NCBI GenBank assembly: GCA_001797905.1 | Contig: MGQS01000032.1 | Coordinates: forward strand, 1 to 32,731 | Origin: Deltaproteobacteria bacterium RBG_16_54_11 | GTDB lineage: Bacteria > Desulfobacterota > B13-G15 > RBG-16-54-18 | Direction: 5' to 3' | Length of the DNA: 32,731 nucleotides | In this document: in pieces, positions 15,821-25,595 of the stretch | Position numbering within the stretch: the stretch's first letter is position 1 | Layout of the letters: each line of letters begins with the position of its first letter | Translations under genes and position numbers: made by a program | The notes under the pieces: model-generated | The model's database searches: none | What the model was told of the DNA's origin: nothing | The model's input: the letters and a program-made list of their open reading frames with translations, nothing else

Positions 15821-16055
15821 GTAACCCGACAAAGAACTATGGTGAAAGCCTCGTATGCACCTTTTCATCCAGGGCCCCCCTTCTCCCGCCGTCCGTCATT
15901 GGGCACCATGCACCGGATATCCTATCCTCTAAGGCCTGCTCATAATACGCAGCAACGAGTACAAGTACTTGAATCCTGAGGGAGTACATGGTATCTTCCC
16001 AGAGGTGAGAGAATAACCCTTCATGGCTTGGGCTATAGGATAGGAAATCGCGTCA

Positions 16056-16835
16056 ATGAAGATCGCCATTGCGGGCAAGGGCGGGGTGGGAAAGACCACC
16101 CTCGCCGGGGTGATGGCTCGGTATTTAGCCGAGGAGGGATACAAGGTCCTGACCATCGATGCCGACCCTGATGCCAACCTCGCCTCAGCCCTGGGATTCC
16201 CCCCGGAACTCCTCAAGGGGGTCACCCCCCTGGCGGAGATGACCCCGCTGGTGGAGGAGAGAACCGGGGCTAAAAAAGGAACCTTCAGCGGGGTCTTCAG
16301 GCTGAACCCCAAGGTCGACGATATCCCGGACACCTACAGCGTGACCCACCACGGGGTAAAGCTCCTCACCGTGGGGAGCATCCCCCAGGCCGAGGGCGGG
16401 TGTTTTTGTCCGGAGAACATTCTGCTCAAGGGGTTGCTCCACCATATCCTGGTCAAGAGGGACGAGATGGTCATCATCGATATGGAGGCAGGCCTGGAGC
16501 ACCTCACCCGGGGGAGCACCAAACACGTCGATGCCTTCATCATCGTGGTGGAACCGGGGCAGCGGAGCATCTCCACGGCCAAGCAGATCCGGAGGTTGGC
16601 CCTGGATCTGGGGGTGCAGAAGGTGTACGGCGTGGGGAACAAGGTGACCTCTCCGGAGGACCGGGCGTTGATCGAGAAGGGGTTGAGCGAGCTATCGTTC
16701 TTGGGGCACCTTTCCTTTAATCAGAAGGTGATAGAGGCCGACAAGCAGGGGATCTCCCCTTATGACCTGGACGGGGCCATAAAAAAAGAGGTACAAGAGA
16801 TCGTCAAGCGATTACAAGGAGAACCAAGTGCTTAG
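16056..16835 (+). CDS. cooC: CooC/AcsF-type P-loop NTPase (nickel-insertion accessory protein family; MinD/ParA superfamily)
   Basis: Deviant Walker A IAIAGKGGVGKTT. The CXC motif in ..AEGGCFCPEN.. is typical of CooC. 259 aa. Confidence 0.7.
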   Translation: MKIAIAGKGGVGKTTLAGVMARYLAEEGYKVLTIDADPDANLASALGFPPELLKGVTPLAEMTPLVEERTGAKKGTFSGVFRLNPKVDDIPDTYSVTHHGVKLLTVGSIPQAEGGCFCPENILLKGLLHHILVKRDEMVIIDMEAGLEHLTRGSTKHVDAFIIVVEPGQRSISTAKQIRRLALDLGVQKVYGVGNKVTSPEDRALIEKGLSELSFLGHLSFNQKVIEADKQGISPYDLDGAIKKEVQEIVKRLQGEPSA

Positions 16836-17556
16836 GACAATATTTGCCTGGTCGTGCGCTGCTGTTTTCACCACAGTCTTGGGGATTTGCGCATACCTGA
16901 CCTTTCCCTTTGACCGCCGGGGGCGGGTGGTCCATCTCTATGCCAGGCTGTGGGGCTGGCTCATCCTCAAGGTTGCCGGCGTCAAGATGCAGGTCGCGGG
17001 ATTAGAGCACATCGATCCCGGGAAGCCCTGTATCTACATGTGCAACCACCTGGGGAGTTTTGACATCTTCGCCCTGCTTGCCTGCCTCCCCGTGCAGTTC
17101 CGATGGCTGGCCAAGGCCGAGCTGTTCAGGATTCCGATCTTGGGATGGGGCATGCGTGCTGCGGGGTATATCAGCCTCGACCGCTCGAAGCGCAGACGGG
17201 TCTACGAGAGCATGGAGATCGCCGCCAGAAAGATCAGGGAGGAGACCTCGGTGGTCATCTTTCCGGAGGGCGCCCGCTCTTTTGACGGGGCCATCCAGCC
17301 CTTTATGAACGGGGGCTTTAACCTGGCCATCAGGGCAGGGGTCCCCATTGTGCCCATCACCATCCATGGGACCTGGGAGATCATGCCGAGGACCACCAAA
17401 AGGGTCAAGAAGGGGAAGATACGGGTCGTGATAGAACCACCCATCGAGACTAAAGATTGCACTATGAAGGATAGAAGGCGACTGATGGCGGAGACAGAAA
17501 GGCGGATTACGGCCAACCTCCCCGCTCCTGACAGGGGGCATGCAGATGCACCATGA
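16828..17556 (+). CDS. plsC: 1-acyl-sn-glycerol-3-phosphate acyltransferase
   Basis: HX4D motif (CNHLGSFD) and FPEGARS motif, with an N-terminal membrane helix. GTG start with AAGGAGA 6 nt upstream. It overlaps the cooC end by 8 nt. Confidence 0.85.
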   Translation: MLRTIFAWSCAAVFTTVLGICAYLTFPFDRRGRVVHLYARLWGWLILKVAGVKMQVAGLEHIDPGKPCIYMCNHLGSFDIFALLACLPVQFRWLAKAELFRIPILGWGMRAAGYISLDRSKRRRVYESMEIAARKIREETSVVIFPEGARSFDGAIQPFMNGGFNLAIRAGVPIVPITIHGTWEIMPRTTKRVKKGKIRVVIEPPIETKDCTMKDRRRLMAETERRITANLPAPDRGHADAP

Positions 17557-19261
17557 TGGCCCGCGGCGAGCCCTTCGGCTGGGCGCTCAGGACCACGCAG
17601 CTCAGCCGAGCGGCCTGCGGCTGATCCCCTTAGGGGGGTTGGGGGAGATCGGCCTCAATATGATGGTCTTGGAGTACGGTGATGACCTTATCGTCATCGA
17701 CTCGGGCCTTATGTTCCCTGAAGACTATATGCTGGGGATCGACATGGTGATCCCCGATATCACCTATCTCCGCCAGAACAAGGATAAGGTGCGGGCCATC
17801 ATCCTTACCCATGGTCATGAAGATCACATCGGGGCCCTCCCCTTCATCCTCAAGGAATTGAAGGTGCCGGTCTATGGCACACCCTTCACCCTGGCCCTGG
17901 TAGAAGAGAAACTGCAGGAGCATGAGGGAGTGGGGAAGGTAAACTTTAAGAGGGTGCGGCCGCGGGACCAGGTGGAGATCGGCCCCTTTCAGGTGGAGTT
18001 CATCCGCACGTGCCACAGCATCGTTGACGGGGTAGGGTTGGGTATCACGACGCCGGTGGGGATCTTGATCCACACCGGGGATTTCAAGATCGACCAGGCC
18101 CCGGCCGGAGGGGAGTTGACCGATCTGAGGAAGTTCGCCGAGTATGGGGAACGGGGGGTATTGGCCCTGCTCTCCGACAGCACCAATGCCGAACGGGAGG
18201 GACATACCCTCTCGGAGCGGGAGATAGGCCAGAAGCTCGAGGAGATCATCAGGGTGAGTCCGGGCAGGGTCATCGTAGCCCTCTTTGCCTCCAACATTCA
18301 ACGGATCCAACAGGTCATGGATACGGCCGTCAAGTTTGGTCGCAAGGTGGCCCTGGTGGGGAGAAACATCGTAAACAATACCCGTATCGCCCGAGAGCTC
18401 GGCTACATGCGTCTTCCCCCTGGCGGACTGATCGACATCAAGAAGATCGACCACTACCCGCCGGACAAGCTGCTGCTCTTTACGACGGGCAGCCAGGGAG
18501 AACCCCTCTCCGCCCTGAGCCTCATTGCTACGGACAGCCACAAGGACGTTCAGATCCAAAAGGGGGATACCGTCGTCCTCTCCTCCCGCTTCATCCCGGG
18601 CAACGAGAAGGCCATCACCCACATGATCAACCACCTCTGCCGTCGGGGGGCAAATGTCATATACGAAAAGATATCGGCCATCCATGTCTCGGGTCATGGC
18701 TACCGCGAGGAATTGCGGATGATGCTCAACCTGATCCGCCCCGAATATTTCATCCCCATCCATGGTGAGTATCGGCACCTGGTCCAGCACATCCAGCTGG
18801 CCAGGGAGGTGGGGATAGCCGAGGACAAACTGCTCCTGGCTGAAGATGGCGATGTCATCCTCCTCAATAATGGAAGGGGTAAGATCGTCGACCGGGTAGA
18901 GGTCGGCAAGGTCTTTGTCGACGGCAAGGGCGTGGGAGACGTAGAAGATGTGGTCCTGAGGGACAGAAAGCAGCTCTCCGAGGACGGGATGGTGATCCCC
19001 GTGATGGTCATCAATGAAAAAACTGGGGAGGTGGTCTCTGGTCCCGACATCATATCCCGGGGGGTTATCTTTGAGGAAAAGATGGGAGAGGTCTTAGAGC
19101 AGGCCAAAGCCGTCATTAAGGATGCCTTAGAGGGTGTTCCGCTCGATTCCAAGACCGACGATCTCGCGGTGGAGGAGCAGGTGCGCCGCGCCCTCAAGCG
19201 ATTCTTCCGCAAGGAGATGGACCGCCGGCCCGTCATCATCCCCGTGATCATCGAGATGTAG
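17540..19261 (+). CDS. rnj: Ribonuclease J (metallo-beta-lactamase / beta-CASP RNase)
   Basis: ..IPLGGLGEIGLNMMVLEY.., HGHEDHIGALP, ..HVSGHGYREEL... The length is typical. The start (17540 or 17546) is uncertain and overlaps the plsC end. Confidence 0.9.
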   Translation: MQMHHDGPRRALRLGAQDHAAQPSGLRLIPLGGLGEIGLNMMVLEYGDDLIVIDSGLMFPEDYMLGIDMVIPDITYLRQNKDKVRAIILTHGHEDHIGALPFILKELKVPVYGTPFTLALVEEKLQEHEGVGKVNFKRVRPRDQVEIGPFQVEFIRTCHSIVDGVGLGITTPVGILIHTGDFKIDQAPAGGELTDLRKFAEYGERGVLALLSDSTNAEREGHTLSEREIGQKLEEIIRVSPGRVIVALFASNIQRIQQVMDTAVKFGRKVALVGRNIVNNTRIARELGYMRLPPGGLIDIKKIDHYPPDKLLLFTTGSQGEPLSALSLIATDSHKDVQIQKGDTVVLSSRFIPGNEKAITHMINHLCRRGANVIYEKISAIHVSGHGYREELRMMLNLIRPEYFIPIHGEYRHLVQHIQLAREVGIAEDKLLLAEDGDVILLNNGRGKIVDRVEVGKVFVDGKGVGDVEDVVLRDRKQLSEDGMVIPVMVINEKTGEVVSGPDIISRGVIFEEKMGEVLEQAKAVIKDALEGVPLDSKTDDLAVEEQVRRALKRFFRKEMDRRPVIIPVIIEM

Positions 19262-19271
19262 GAGGCCCCAG

Positions 19272-21452
19272 ATGTCCAAAAAGGAATTGCTCAGGGAGAT
19301 CGGCGGCCTCCTCGCTGTGGGTGCGGGCGGCTTCCTCATCCTGTGCCTGTACTCCTTTCACCCTCACGATCCCTCCTTCAACCTCTATCAACCCGCGCCG
19401 GCCAAGATCCACAACTTGGGAGGGTTGATCGGCGCCTATCTCTCCGATATCCTCTGGCAGGTCTTCGGCTGCTCCTCCTTTCTGCTCCCCATCGCCCTCT
19501 TGGTAATGGGGATCTCCATCTTCGCCAACCGAAAACCCGAGCACAGAGGGCTCCGGCGGATTGGGTTTGGCCTTCTGGTTATCTCCTTCGCGGCACTGCT
19601 GGACATCTTCATAGGAGCGGTGAAGGTCTTCTCCTACGAGGGGATAGCCGGAGGGGTCCTGGGCAAGGTCGTGGGAACCTTCTTGGAGCGATACCTCGGC
19701 GTGGTAGGGACATCCTTCCTAATCATCTTGATATTTATCTCCTCGACCATACTGACCACGAGCATATCCCTCAGGAAGGTATTGAAGGCGATGATGAAGG
19801 CCGTGCAGGTGCTCGTCCGGTGGCTTATACGGGCCAAGGACCTGTACGGGGGGAAATGGAAAAAAAAGAGGGCCCTGAAAAAAAGCGCGAGGATCAGCAA
19901 GGGTCCCTCCCATCCCCCCATTATCCTATCCCACAAGGTCGAGCAGGAAAGCGAGCCGCAACAGGAATCCCTCCCCTTCCCCACACCGACGAGCGAAAAG
20001 TATCAACTCCCCCCCCTATCCATCCTGGAGGAGAGAAAGGACAAAGGGGTAAAGGTCTCCGAGGATGTCCTGTGGGCCAACTCGCAGATCTTGGAGAGCA
20101 AACTCAAGGACTACGGCGTGCAGGGGAAGGTCGTGGGGGTGAGGCCCGGCCCCATCGTGACCGTCTATGAATTTGAGCCTGCTGCGGGGGTCAAGGTCAA
20201 TAAGATCCTCAACCTGGATGACGATCTGGCGTTGGCCTTGAGCGCCCACAGCGTGAGGATACAGGCCCCTATCCCCGGCAAACCGGTGGTGGGGATCGAG
20301 CTCCCCAATCCTGTGCGCGAGGTCGTCTGTTTGAAAGATGTGGCAAGCTCAGACCTCTTTCAGGGGGGCGGCTCGACCTTGACCCTGGCCATCGGCAAGG
20401 ATATCTCCGGCAGCCCCTTTGTGATCGATCTGGCCCGCCTGCCGCACCTGTTGGTAGCCGGCTCGACCGGTTCCGGCAAGAGCGTATCCATCAACGCCAT
20501 GATCTGCAGCCTCCTGTTGAGGGCCACGCCGGACGCCGTCAAGTTTCTTCTCATCGATCCCAAGATGTTGGAGCTCCCCGCGTATGAAGGCATTCCCCAC
20601 TTATTATTGCCCGTGGTGACGGATGCAAAAGAGGCGGCCATCGCGCTGCGATGGATGGTAGAGGAGATGGAGCGCAGATACGCCATGATGGCAGAGCAGG
20701 GGATCAGAAACATCGAGAACTATAACCAGAAGGTCAAGGATGGCACGATTGGCAAGGCTACGCTCGCCACAGGCCGCCCCATCGAGGGGGCGGAGGGAGC
20801 ACTGCCTCCCAAGCGGCTCCCCTATGTGCTGGTGGTGATCGATGAGCTGGCCGACCTTATGATCGTCTCGGGCAGGGAGGTGGAAGAGTCCATCATCCGC
20901 CTGGCCCAGATGGCCCGGGCCGCGGGGATCCATTTGATCCTCGCCACACAGCGCCCCTCGGTGGATGTCTTGACGGGGCTGATCAAGGTGAACTTCCCCG
21001 CCCGGATCTCCTTCCAGGTCTCCACCAAGATCGACTCCAGGACCATCCTCGACACCCAGGGGGCCGAGCACCTCTTGGGAGCAGGGGACATGCTCTTTCT
21101 GCCGCCAGGAAGCTCCAAGCTCTTGCGCGTCCACGGGGCCTATGTCTCCGAGGGAGAGATGAAGAGGCTCGTGGAGTTCTGGCGTGGGCAAGGGGGGCCT
21201 ACCTATGATCGGAGCATCCTGCGGGAGCGCAGGGAGCGCAAGGAACTCGAGGATGAGGAGCACGACGAAAAATACGATGAGGCCGTGGCCTTTGTGGCCA
21301 GGACCGGCCAGGCATCCATCTCCCTCATTCAAAGAAAAATGAGAATAGGATATAACCGGGCAGCGAGGATCATCGAGCAAATGGAAGAGGAAGGGATCGT
21401 CGGCCCCTCTGATGGCGTCAAGCCCAGGGGTGTTCTGATTCATAAGATATAG
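19272..21452 (+). CDS. ftsK: DNA translocase FtsK
   Basis: N-terminal membrane helices, Walker A GSTGSGKS, Walker B LVVIDELADLM, and a C-terminal gamma winged helix (SISLIQRKMRIGYNRAARIIEQMEEEGIVGP). RBS GGAGG upstream. Confidence 0.95.
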   Translation: MSKKELLREIGGLLAVGAGGFLILCLYSFHPHDPSFNLYQPAPAKIHNLGGLIGAYLSDILWQVFGCSSFLLPIALLVMGISIFANRKPEHRGLRRIGFGLLVISFAALLDIFIGAVKVFSYEGIAGGVLGKVVGTFLERYLGVVGTSFLIILIFISSTILTTSISLRKVLKAMMKAVQVLVRWLIRAKDLYGGKWKKKRALKKSARISKGPSHPPIILSHKVEQESEPQQESLPFPTPTSEKYQLPPLSILEERKDKGVKVSEDVLWANSQILESKLKDYGVQGKVVGVRPGPIVTVYEFEPAAGVKVNKILNLDDDLALALSAHSVRIQAPIPGKPVVGIELPNPVREVVCLKDVASSDLFQGGGSTLTLAIGKDISGSPFVIDLARLPHLLVAGSTGSGKSVSINAMICSLLLRATPDAVKFLLIDPKMLELPAYEGIPHLLLPVVTDAKEAAIALRWMVEEMERRYAMMAEQGIRNIENYNQKVKDGTIGKATLATGRPIEGAEGALPPKRLPYVLVVIDELADLMIVSGREVEESIIRLAQMARAAGIHLILATQRPSVDVLTGLIKVNFPARISFQVSTKIDSRTILDTQGAEHLLGAGDMLFLPPGSSKLLRVHGAYVSEGEMKRLVEFWRGQGGPTYDRSILRERRERKELEDEEHDEKYDEAVAFVARTGQASISLIQRKMRIGYNRAARIIEQMEEEGIVGPSDGVKPRGVLIHKI

Positions 21453-21470
21453 AAGGCCATATTCATCGCT

Positions 21471-22226
21471 ATGCAGCTGCGCAAGACCGATGCCGTGGTG
21501 ATCTACCGCGCCGATTTCGGAGAATCCGATCTGCTCGTCACCCTCTACACCCCTGATCTGGGCAAGGTCAAAGGGATCGCCAAAGGGGCCAAGCGGAGCA
21601 AGAGGCGGTTTGTCAATAACCTGCAGCCCTTCTCCTATATCCGGGTCCTCTTCGCCGAGGGGAGGGGGGGGTTGATCAGAGTGGATGAAGCTGATATGAT
21701 ACAGCCCTTTTTTCGGATCAGTGACGATATCTCCAAGGTCCTCTATGGGAGCTATTTCCTCGAGATGGTCAAGGAGATGACCGGCGAGAAGGAGGCAAAC
21801 CCACCGCTCTTTGAACTAGTGGTGACCTTCTTGACCTTGCTCAATGACGCCCCCCCGCGCGAGGAGTACCCGCGGGTCTTTGAGCTGCGGTTCCTTGACC
21901 TCCTGGGCTACCGGCCCCGGGTGACGGAGTGCAGCATCTGCAACGAGCAGCTTCCCTGGGCGGATGGAGCGTGGTTCAGCTTTCGCCACGGCGGAGCAGT
22001 GTGCCAGGGATGCCATATCAATGCCCAGGGGGCAGTCGCCATCTCCGGTGAGACCTTGCAGGCCATGGAGCAGGCCCTCATGATGGACCTCGCCGGGGTA
22101 GAGGGGATTCGATTCTCCCCTCAGGTCCTCGCCGAAGGGAGAGAGATCCTCCCGCGGTTCGTTCAGCACCAGTTGGGCAAGGGATTGAAATCATTGCGGG
22201 TTATGGAAGAGGTGCAGGGGGATTAG
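21471..22226 (+). CDS. recO: DNA repair protein RecO
   Basis: N-terminal OB-fold region (..DAVVIYRADFGESDLLVTLYTPDLGKVKGIAKGAKRSKRRF..) and a Cys4 zinc motif (CSIC..CQGC). Confidence 0.9.
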   Translation: MQLRKTDAVVIYRADFGESDLLVTLYTPDLGKVKGIAKGAKRSKRRFVNNLQPFSYIRVLFAEGRGGLIRVDEADMIQPFFRISDDISKVLYGSYFLEMVKEMTGEKEANPPLFELVVTFLTLLNDAPPREEYPRVFELRFLDLLGYRPRVTECSICNEQLPWADGAWFSFRHGGAVCQGCHINAQGAVAISGETLQAMEQALMMDLAGVEGIRFSPQVLAEGREILPRFVQHQLGKGLKSLRVMEEVQGD

Positions 22227-22396
22227 TGTCATGTCTTACAATTAAAATGAATAAGTCGCGACGGATCTTGATGAGTTTTTATTTTCCAATTCTTTGACTT
22301 TAAAGAGGTTATTATCATGCGTGTCAATAACAGAGGCCGATTTGGCCTGGGACTTATTCATCGAATTTCCGAGACACGACATTAGGAGAGGAGCAG

Positions 22397-23272
22397 GTGA
22401 CCTTACAAGAGTTGATCTTGGCCCTGGAGCATTTTTGGAACGACAAGGGGTGTGTCATCCAGCAGCCGTATGACATAGAGGTAGGGGCCGGGACCTTCAA
22501 CCCCGCCACCTTCCTGCGGGTCCTCGGTCCCGAGCCCTGGAATGCCGCCTATGTGGAGCCCTCGCGACGCCCTGCCGACGGCCGCTACGGAGAAAATCCC
22601 AACCGCCTGCAACACTACTATCAGTATCAGGTCATCATGAAGCCCTCACCCCTCGCAATTCAAGAGATCTATTTAGACAGTCTGCGCAGCTTCGGGATCG
22701 ATCCCCTGGCCCATGACATCAGATTTGTGGAGGATGATTGGGAATCCCCTACCCTCGGCGCCTGGGGGCTGGGCTGGGAGGTCTGGCTCGACGGGATGGA
22801 GATCACCCAGTTCACCTACTTTCAGCAGGCAGGGGGAATTGATCTCAAGCCCGTCTCCGTGGAGATCACCTATGGCATTGAGCGGATCGCCATGTATTTG
22901 CAGGGGGTGGAGAACGTCTATGACCTTATCTGGACCGATGACATCCGCTACGGGGACATCCACCACCAGGGTGAGGTGGAGTTCTCCCGCTACAACTTCG
23001 AAGAAGCCGACGTGGGGATGCTGCTCAAACTCTTTGCTCTGTATGAAGGGGAGGCAAAAAAGCTCTTAGAAAAGGGGTTGGTCCTGCCTGCCTATGACTA
23101 TTGCCTGAAGTGCTCTCACACCTTCAACCTCTTGGAGGCGAGGGGGGCCATCAGCGTCACGGAGAGGATGGGATTCATCCTCCGGGTGCGGGAGATGGCC
23201 CGCGGCTGTGCCGAGCGTTACCTCCGCCAGCGGGAGGAGATGGGATACCCTCTGATGAGGAGCAAGGCATGA
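22397..23272 (+). CDS. glyQ: Glycine--tRNA ligase alpha subunit
   Basis: [41 protein letters not shown].. is a canonical GlyQ. GTG start with AGGAGAGGAG upstream. Confidence 0.95.
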   Translation: MTLQELILALEHFWNDKGCVIQQPYDIEVGAGTFNPATFLRVLGPEPWNAAYVEPSRRPADGRYGENPNRLQHYYQYQVIMKPSPLAIQEIYLDSLRSFGIDPLAHDIRFVEDDWESPTLGAWGLGWEVWLDGMEITQFTYFQQAGGIDLKPVSVEITYGIERIAMYLQGVENVYDLIWTDDIRYGDIHHQGEVEFSRYNFEEADVGMLLKLFALYEGEAKKLLEKGLVLPAYDYCLKCSHTFNLLEARGAISVTERMGFILRVREMARGCAERYLRQREEMGYPLMRSKA

Positions 23273-25347
23273 AAAAGGGGATGCTGCTGGAGATAGGGAC
23301 CGAGGAGATACCCTCCGGCTTTATCCCCCGAGCCCTCCAGGGGATGCAAGAGATCTTGCAAAAAGAGATGGAGCTCCAGCGGGTGGAGTGCGGGGAGATA
23401 AAGGTGATGGGCGCCCCGCGCCGGCTCACCCTGTTTGCCGAGCTCGAGGAGCAACAGCTGCCCCTGGAACAGCAACGAATCGGCCCGCCCAAGGCCGTCG
23501 CCTTTGACCCTCAAGGCAAGCCCACCAAGGCCGCTTTGGGATTTGCCCAAAAGGAAGGGGTGCGGGTGGAAGCCCTCGAGGTAATAGAGACGGAGAAAGG
23601 CGAGTACCTCTGCGTGCGCAAGCATGAGCAAGGAAGGGAGACCTGCGCGATCCTCGCCGAGGCCCTCCCGCGCCTGATCACCGCCATCCCCTTTGCGAAG
23701 TCGATGCGCTGGTCCGATCTCGAGCTGCGCTTCGCACGCCCCATCCACTGGATCCTGGCGCTCTTCGACAACGAGGTGATACCCTTTACCTTAGAGAATA
23801 TAAAAAGCAATCACTTTACCAGGGGCCACCGCTTTTTATGCCCTGATCCCTTCGCCATCAAGGGATTGAAGGATTACCTGGAGGGGTTGCGCAAGGCCTG
23901 CGTCATCGTCGACCCGGAGGAGCGCAGGGAGATGATCCGCAAAGGCGTGCAAGAAGCGGCTCAGCAGGCAGGAGGAAAACCCCTGGAAACAAAAGACCTC
24001 CTGGAAGAGATCACCTATCTGGTGGAGTACCCGGTGGCCGTCAGCGGCAACTTTGCTAAGGAATACCTCGACCTCCCGAGGGAGGTCCTCATCACCGCCA
24101 TGCAACAGCACCAGCGGTATATACCCGTGGTAAATAAGAAAGGGGACTTACTCCCCTGCTTTGTCGCCGTGAGCAACATCAAGGCGCGCGCCATGGAGGT
24201 GGTGAAGAAGGGAAACGAGCGGGTCCTGCGGGCCAGGCTCGCCGATGCCCGGTTCTTCTTCCAGGAGGACCAAAAGCGCACCCTCGAGGAGCGTGTAGAA
24301 AAGCTGAAGGGAGTGATCTTCCAGGCCAAGCTGGGCACCTCCTATGAAAAGGTCATGCGGATTCAGGCCTTGGCAGTAAAATTGGCCGGGGAGCTGGCCC
24401 CTGATGATACGAAGGTGGTGGCCAGAGGCGCCTTTCTCTGCAAGGCGGACCTGACAACCGAGATGGTGGGCGAGTTCCCCCAACTCCAGGGGGTCATGGG
24501 CAGGGAATATGCGCTCCTTGCGGGTGAAGACCCGGCTGTAGCGCAGGTGATCTTTGAACACTACCTGCCCCGGTTTGCCGGGGACGAGCTCCCTTCCAGT
24601 TCGGCAGGTGCAGTGGTCGGCATCGCCGACAAGATGGACACCGTCGTCGGCTGCTTTGGCGCCGGGTTGATACCCACCGGCACCTCCGATCCCTTTGCCC
24701 TGAGGCGGCAGACCCTGGGCATTATCAATATCATCCTCGGCAAGGGCTATTGCCTCTCGCTGCGCAGGATCATCGAGATGGGCATCGATCTCTTGCAGGG
24801 GAAGATAGAACGCCCCCCTCAAGAGGTGCGGGGAGATTGCCTGGCCTTCTTCCGGGGTAGGTTTGTCAATCTGCTGAATGCCCAGGGGTATCCCGTTGAT
24901 CTGGTAGAGGCCGTGTTGGCCGTCCAATGCGATGATCTCATGGATGCACAAGCACGCGTCGAGGCCGTAGCCAGATTCAGGGTCACGCCTGAATTTACGC
25001 CTGTGGCCGTGGCCTTCAAAAGGGTGGCCAATATCCTCAAGGGGGTTGATCACCAAGGGCAGGTCGATCCTGCTCGCTTCGAGGCCCCCGAGGAACGAGA
25101 TCTCCATGACCGATACCGGGCGATCGAGGAAAGATTCTCCGCAGCGATCAAGAAGGGGGACTATGAGAAGGCCCTTGCTGAGCTGGCAAAGCTCCGCTTA
25201 CCGGTGGATGCGTTCTTCGACCATTGCATGGTCATGGCCGAGGACAAAAAGGTGCAAGCTAATCGTCTGGCCCTGTTGGGCGAGATCGCCGGGCTCTTTT
25301 CCCAGCTGGTTGATTTCTCCCGGCTCGGGACAGGGGAAGAAGGCTAA
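23269..25347 (+). CDS. glyS: Glycine--tRNA ligase beta subunit
   Basis: [18 protein letters not shown].. is the typical GlyS N-terminus. ATG 23269 overlaps the glyQ stop as ATGA. The track's extension back to 23101 lies inside glyQ. Confidence 0.93.
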   Translation: MKKGMLLEIGTEEIPSGFIPRALQGMQEILQKEMELQRVECGEIKVMGAPRRLTLFAELEEQQLPLEQQRIGPPKAVAFDPQGKPTKAALGFAQKEGVRVEALEVIETEKGEYLCVRKHEQGRETCAILAEALPRLITAIPFAKSMRWSDLELRFARPIHWILALFDNEVIPFTLENIKSNHFTRGHRFLCPDPFAIKGLKDYLEGLRKACVIVDPEERREMIRKGVQEAAQQAGGKPLETKDLLEEITYLVEYPVAVSGNFAKEYLDLPREVLITAMQQHQRYIPVVNKKGDLLPCFVAVSNIKARAMEVVKKGNERVLRARLADARFFFQEDQKRTLEERVEKLKGVIFQAKLGTSYEKVMRIQALAVKLAGELAPDDTKVVARGAFLCKADLTTEMVGEFPQLQGVMGREYALLAGEDPAVAQVIFEHYLPRFAGDELPSSSAGAVVGIADKMDTVVGCFGAGLIPTGTSDPFALRRQTLGIINIILGKGYCLSLRRIIEMGIDLLQGKIERPPQEVRGDCLAFFRGRFVNLLNAQGYPVDLVEAVLAVQCDDLMDAQARVEAVARFRVTPEFTPVAVAFKRVANILKGVDHQGQVDPARFEAPEERDLHDRYRAIEERFSAAIKKGDYEKALAELAKLRLPVDAFFDHCMVMAEDKKVQANRLALLGEIAGLFSQLVDFSRLGTGEEG

Positions 25348-25450
25348 GGTATTCATCCCTCAGCAGAAAGGCTAAAGAAAATGAGGGTATGGTCTTCAAC
25401 CGTCGTTGGTGATGACCCGCTATGTGAATGTACCAAGAAAATGAGCGTTC

Positions 25451-25519
25451 AAATCCCCCCATCCCCCCCTGACCAAAGGGTCACCTTCGGTTTGTTAAAG
25501 GGGGGGTAAAGGGGGATTT
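25451..25519. repeat. 69-nt imperfect palindrome with C-rich and G-rich arms in the ppdK upstream region
   Basis: AAATCCCCCCATCCCCCCC ... GGGGGGGTAAAGGGGGATTT, with an inner TGACC-aaag-GGTCA hairpin. Confidence 0.6.
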
Positions 25520-25595
25520 ATGATTGTACCCGTCCTTGGTGAAATACAGGGTGGCGCGTCGCCACAAAAAATTACGGAGCGATAAGGAGATAGCG

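Noticed and set aside
15391-16333. ORFs 15391-15591 (+) and 15929-16333 (-), plus a 46-aa ORF starting at about 15839 (+)
   Set aside because: None has an RBS and their composition is odd. They overlap leader, terminator and promoter elements or the cooC coding region.
17630-18790. 386-aa minus-strand ORF
   Set aside because: It is antisense to rnj, which carries unambiguous RNase J motifs. Shadow ORF.
19343-20170. 275-aa plus-strand ORF in an alternative frame of ftsK
   Set aside because: It overlaps the ftsK N-terminal and linker region in another frame and is an Arg/Gly/Pro-rich artefact.
22227-22396. T-box leader upstream of glyQS
   Set aside because: There is no T-box sequence (AAxxGGGTGGTACCGCG-like), no specifier-loop architecture and no terminator. 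Only a 4-bp GGCC hairpin is present.
23101-23268. 56-residue N-terminal extension of glyS in the ORF track
   Set aside because: It lies inside the glyQ coding sequence. [15 protein letters not shown] at 23269 is the conserved GlyS N-terminus and overlaps the glyQ stop as ATGA.
25447-25462. tRNA-like T-loop (GCGTTCAAATCCCCC)
   Set aside because: The flanking bases (GAGCG / CCCCC) cannot form a T-stem and no acceptor or anticodon arms are present. The sequence is part of the C-rich palindrome arm.
25385-25522. 45-aa ORF (MRVWSSTVVGDDPLCECTKK...) in the glyS-ppdK spacer
   Set aside because: It has no RBS and reads through the C-run/G-run palindrome, giving Pro/Gly runs. It is most likely non-coding.
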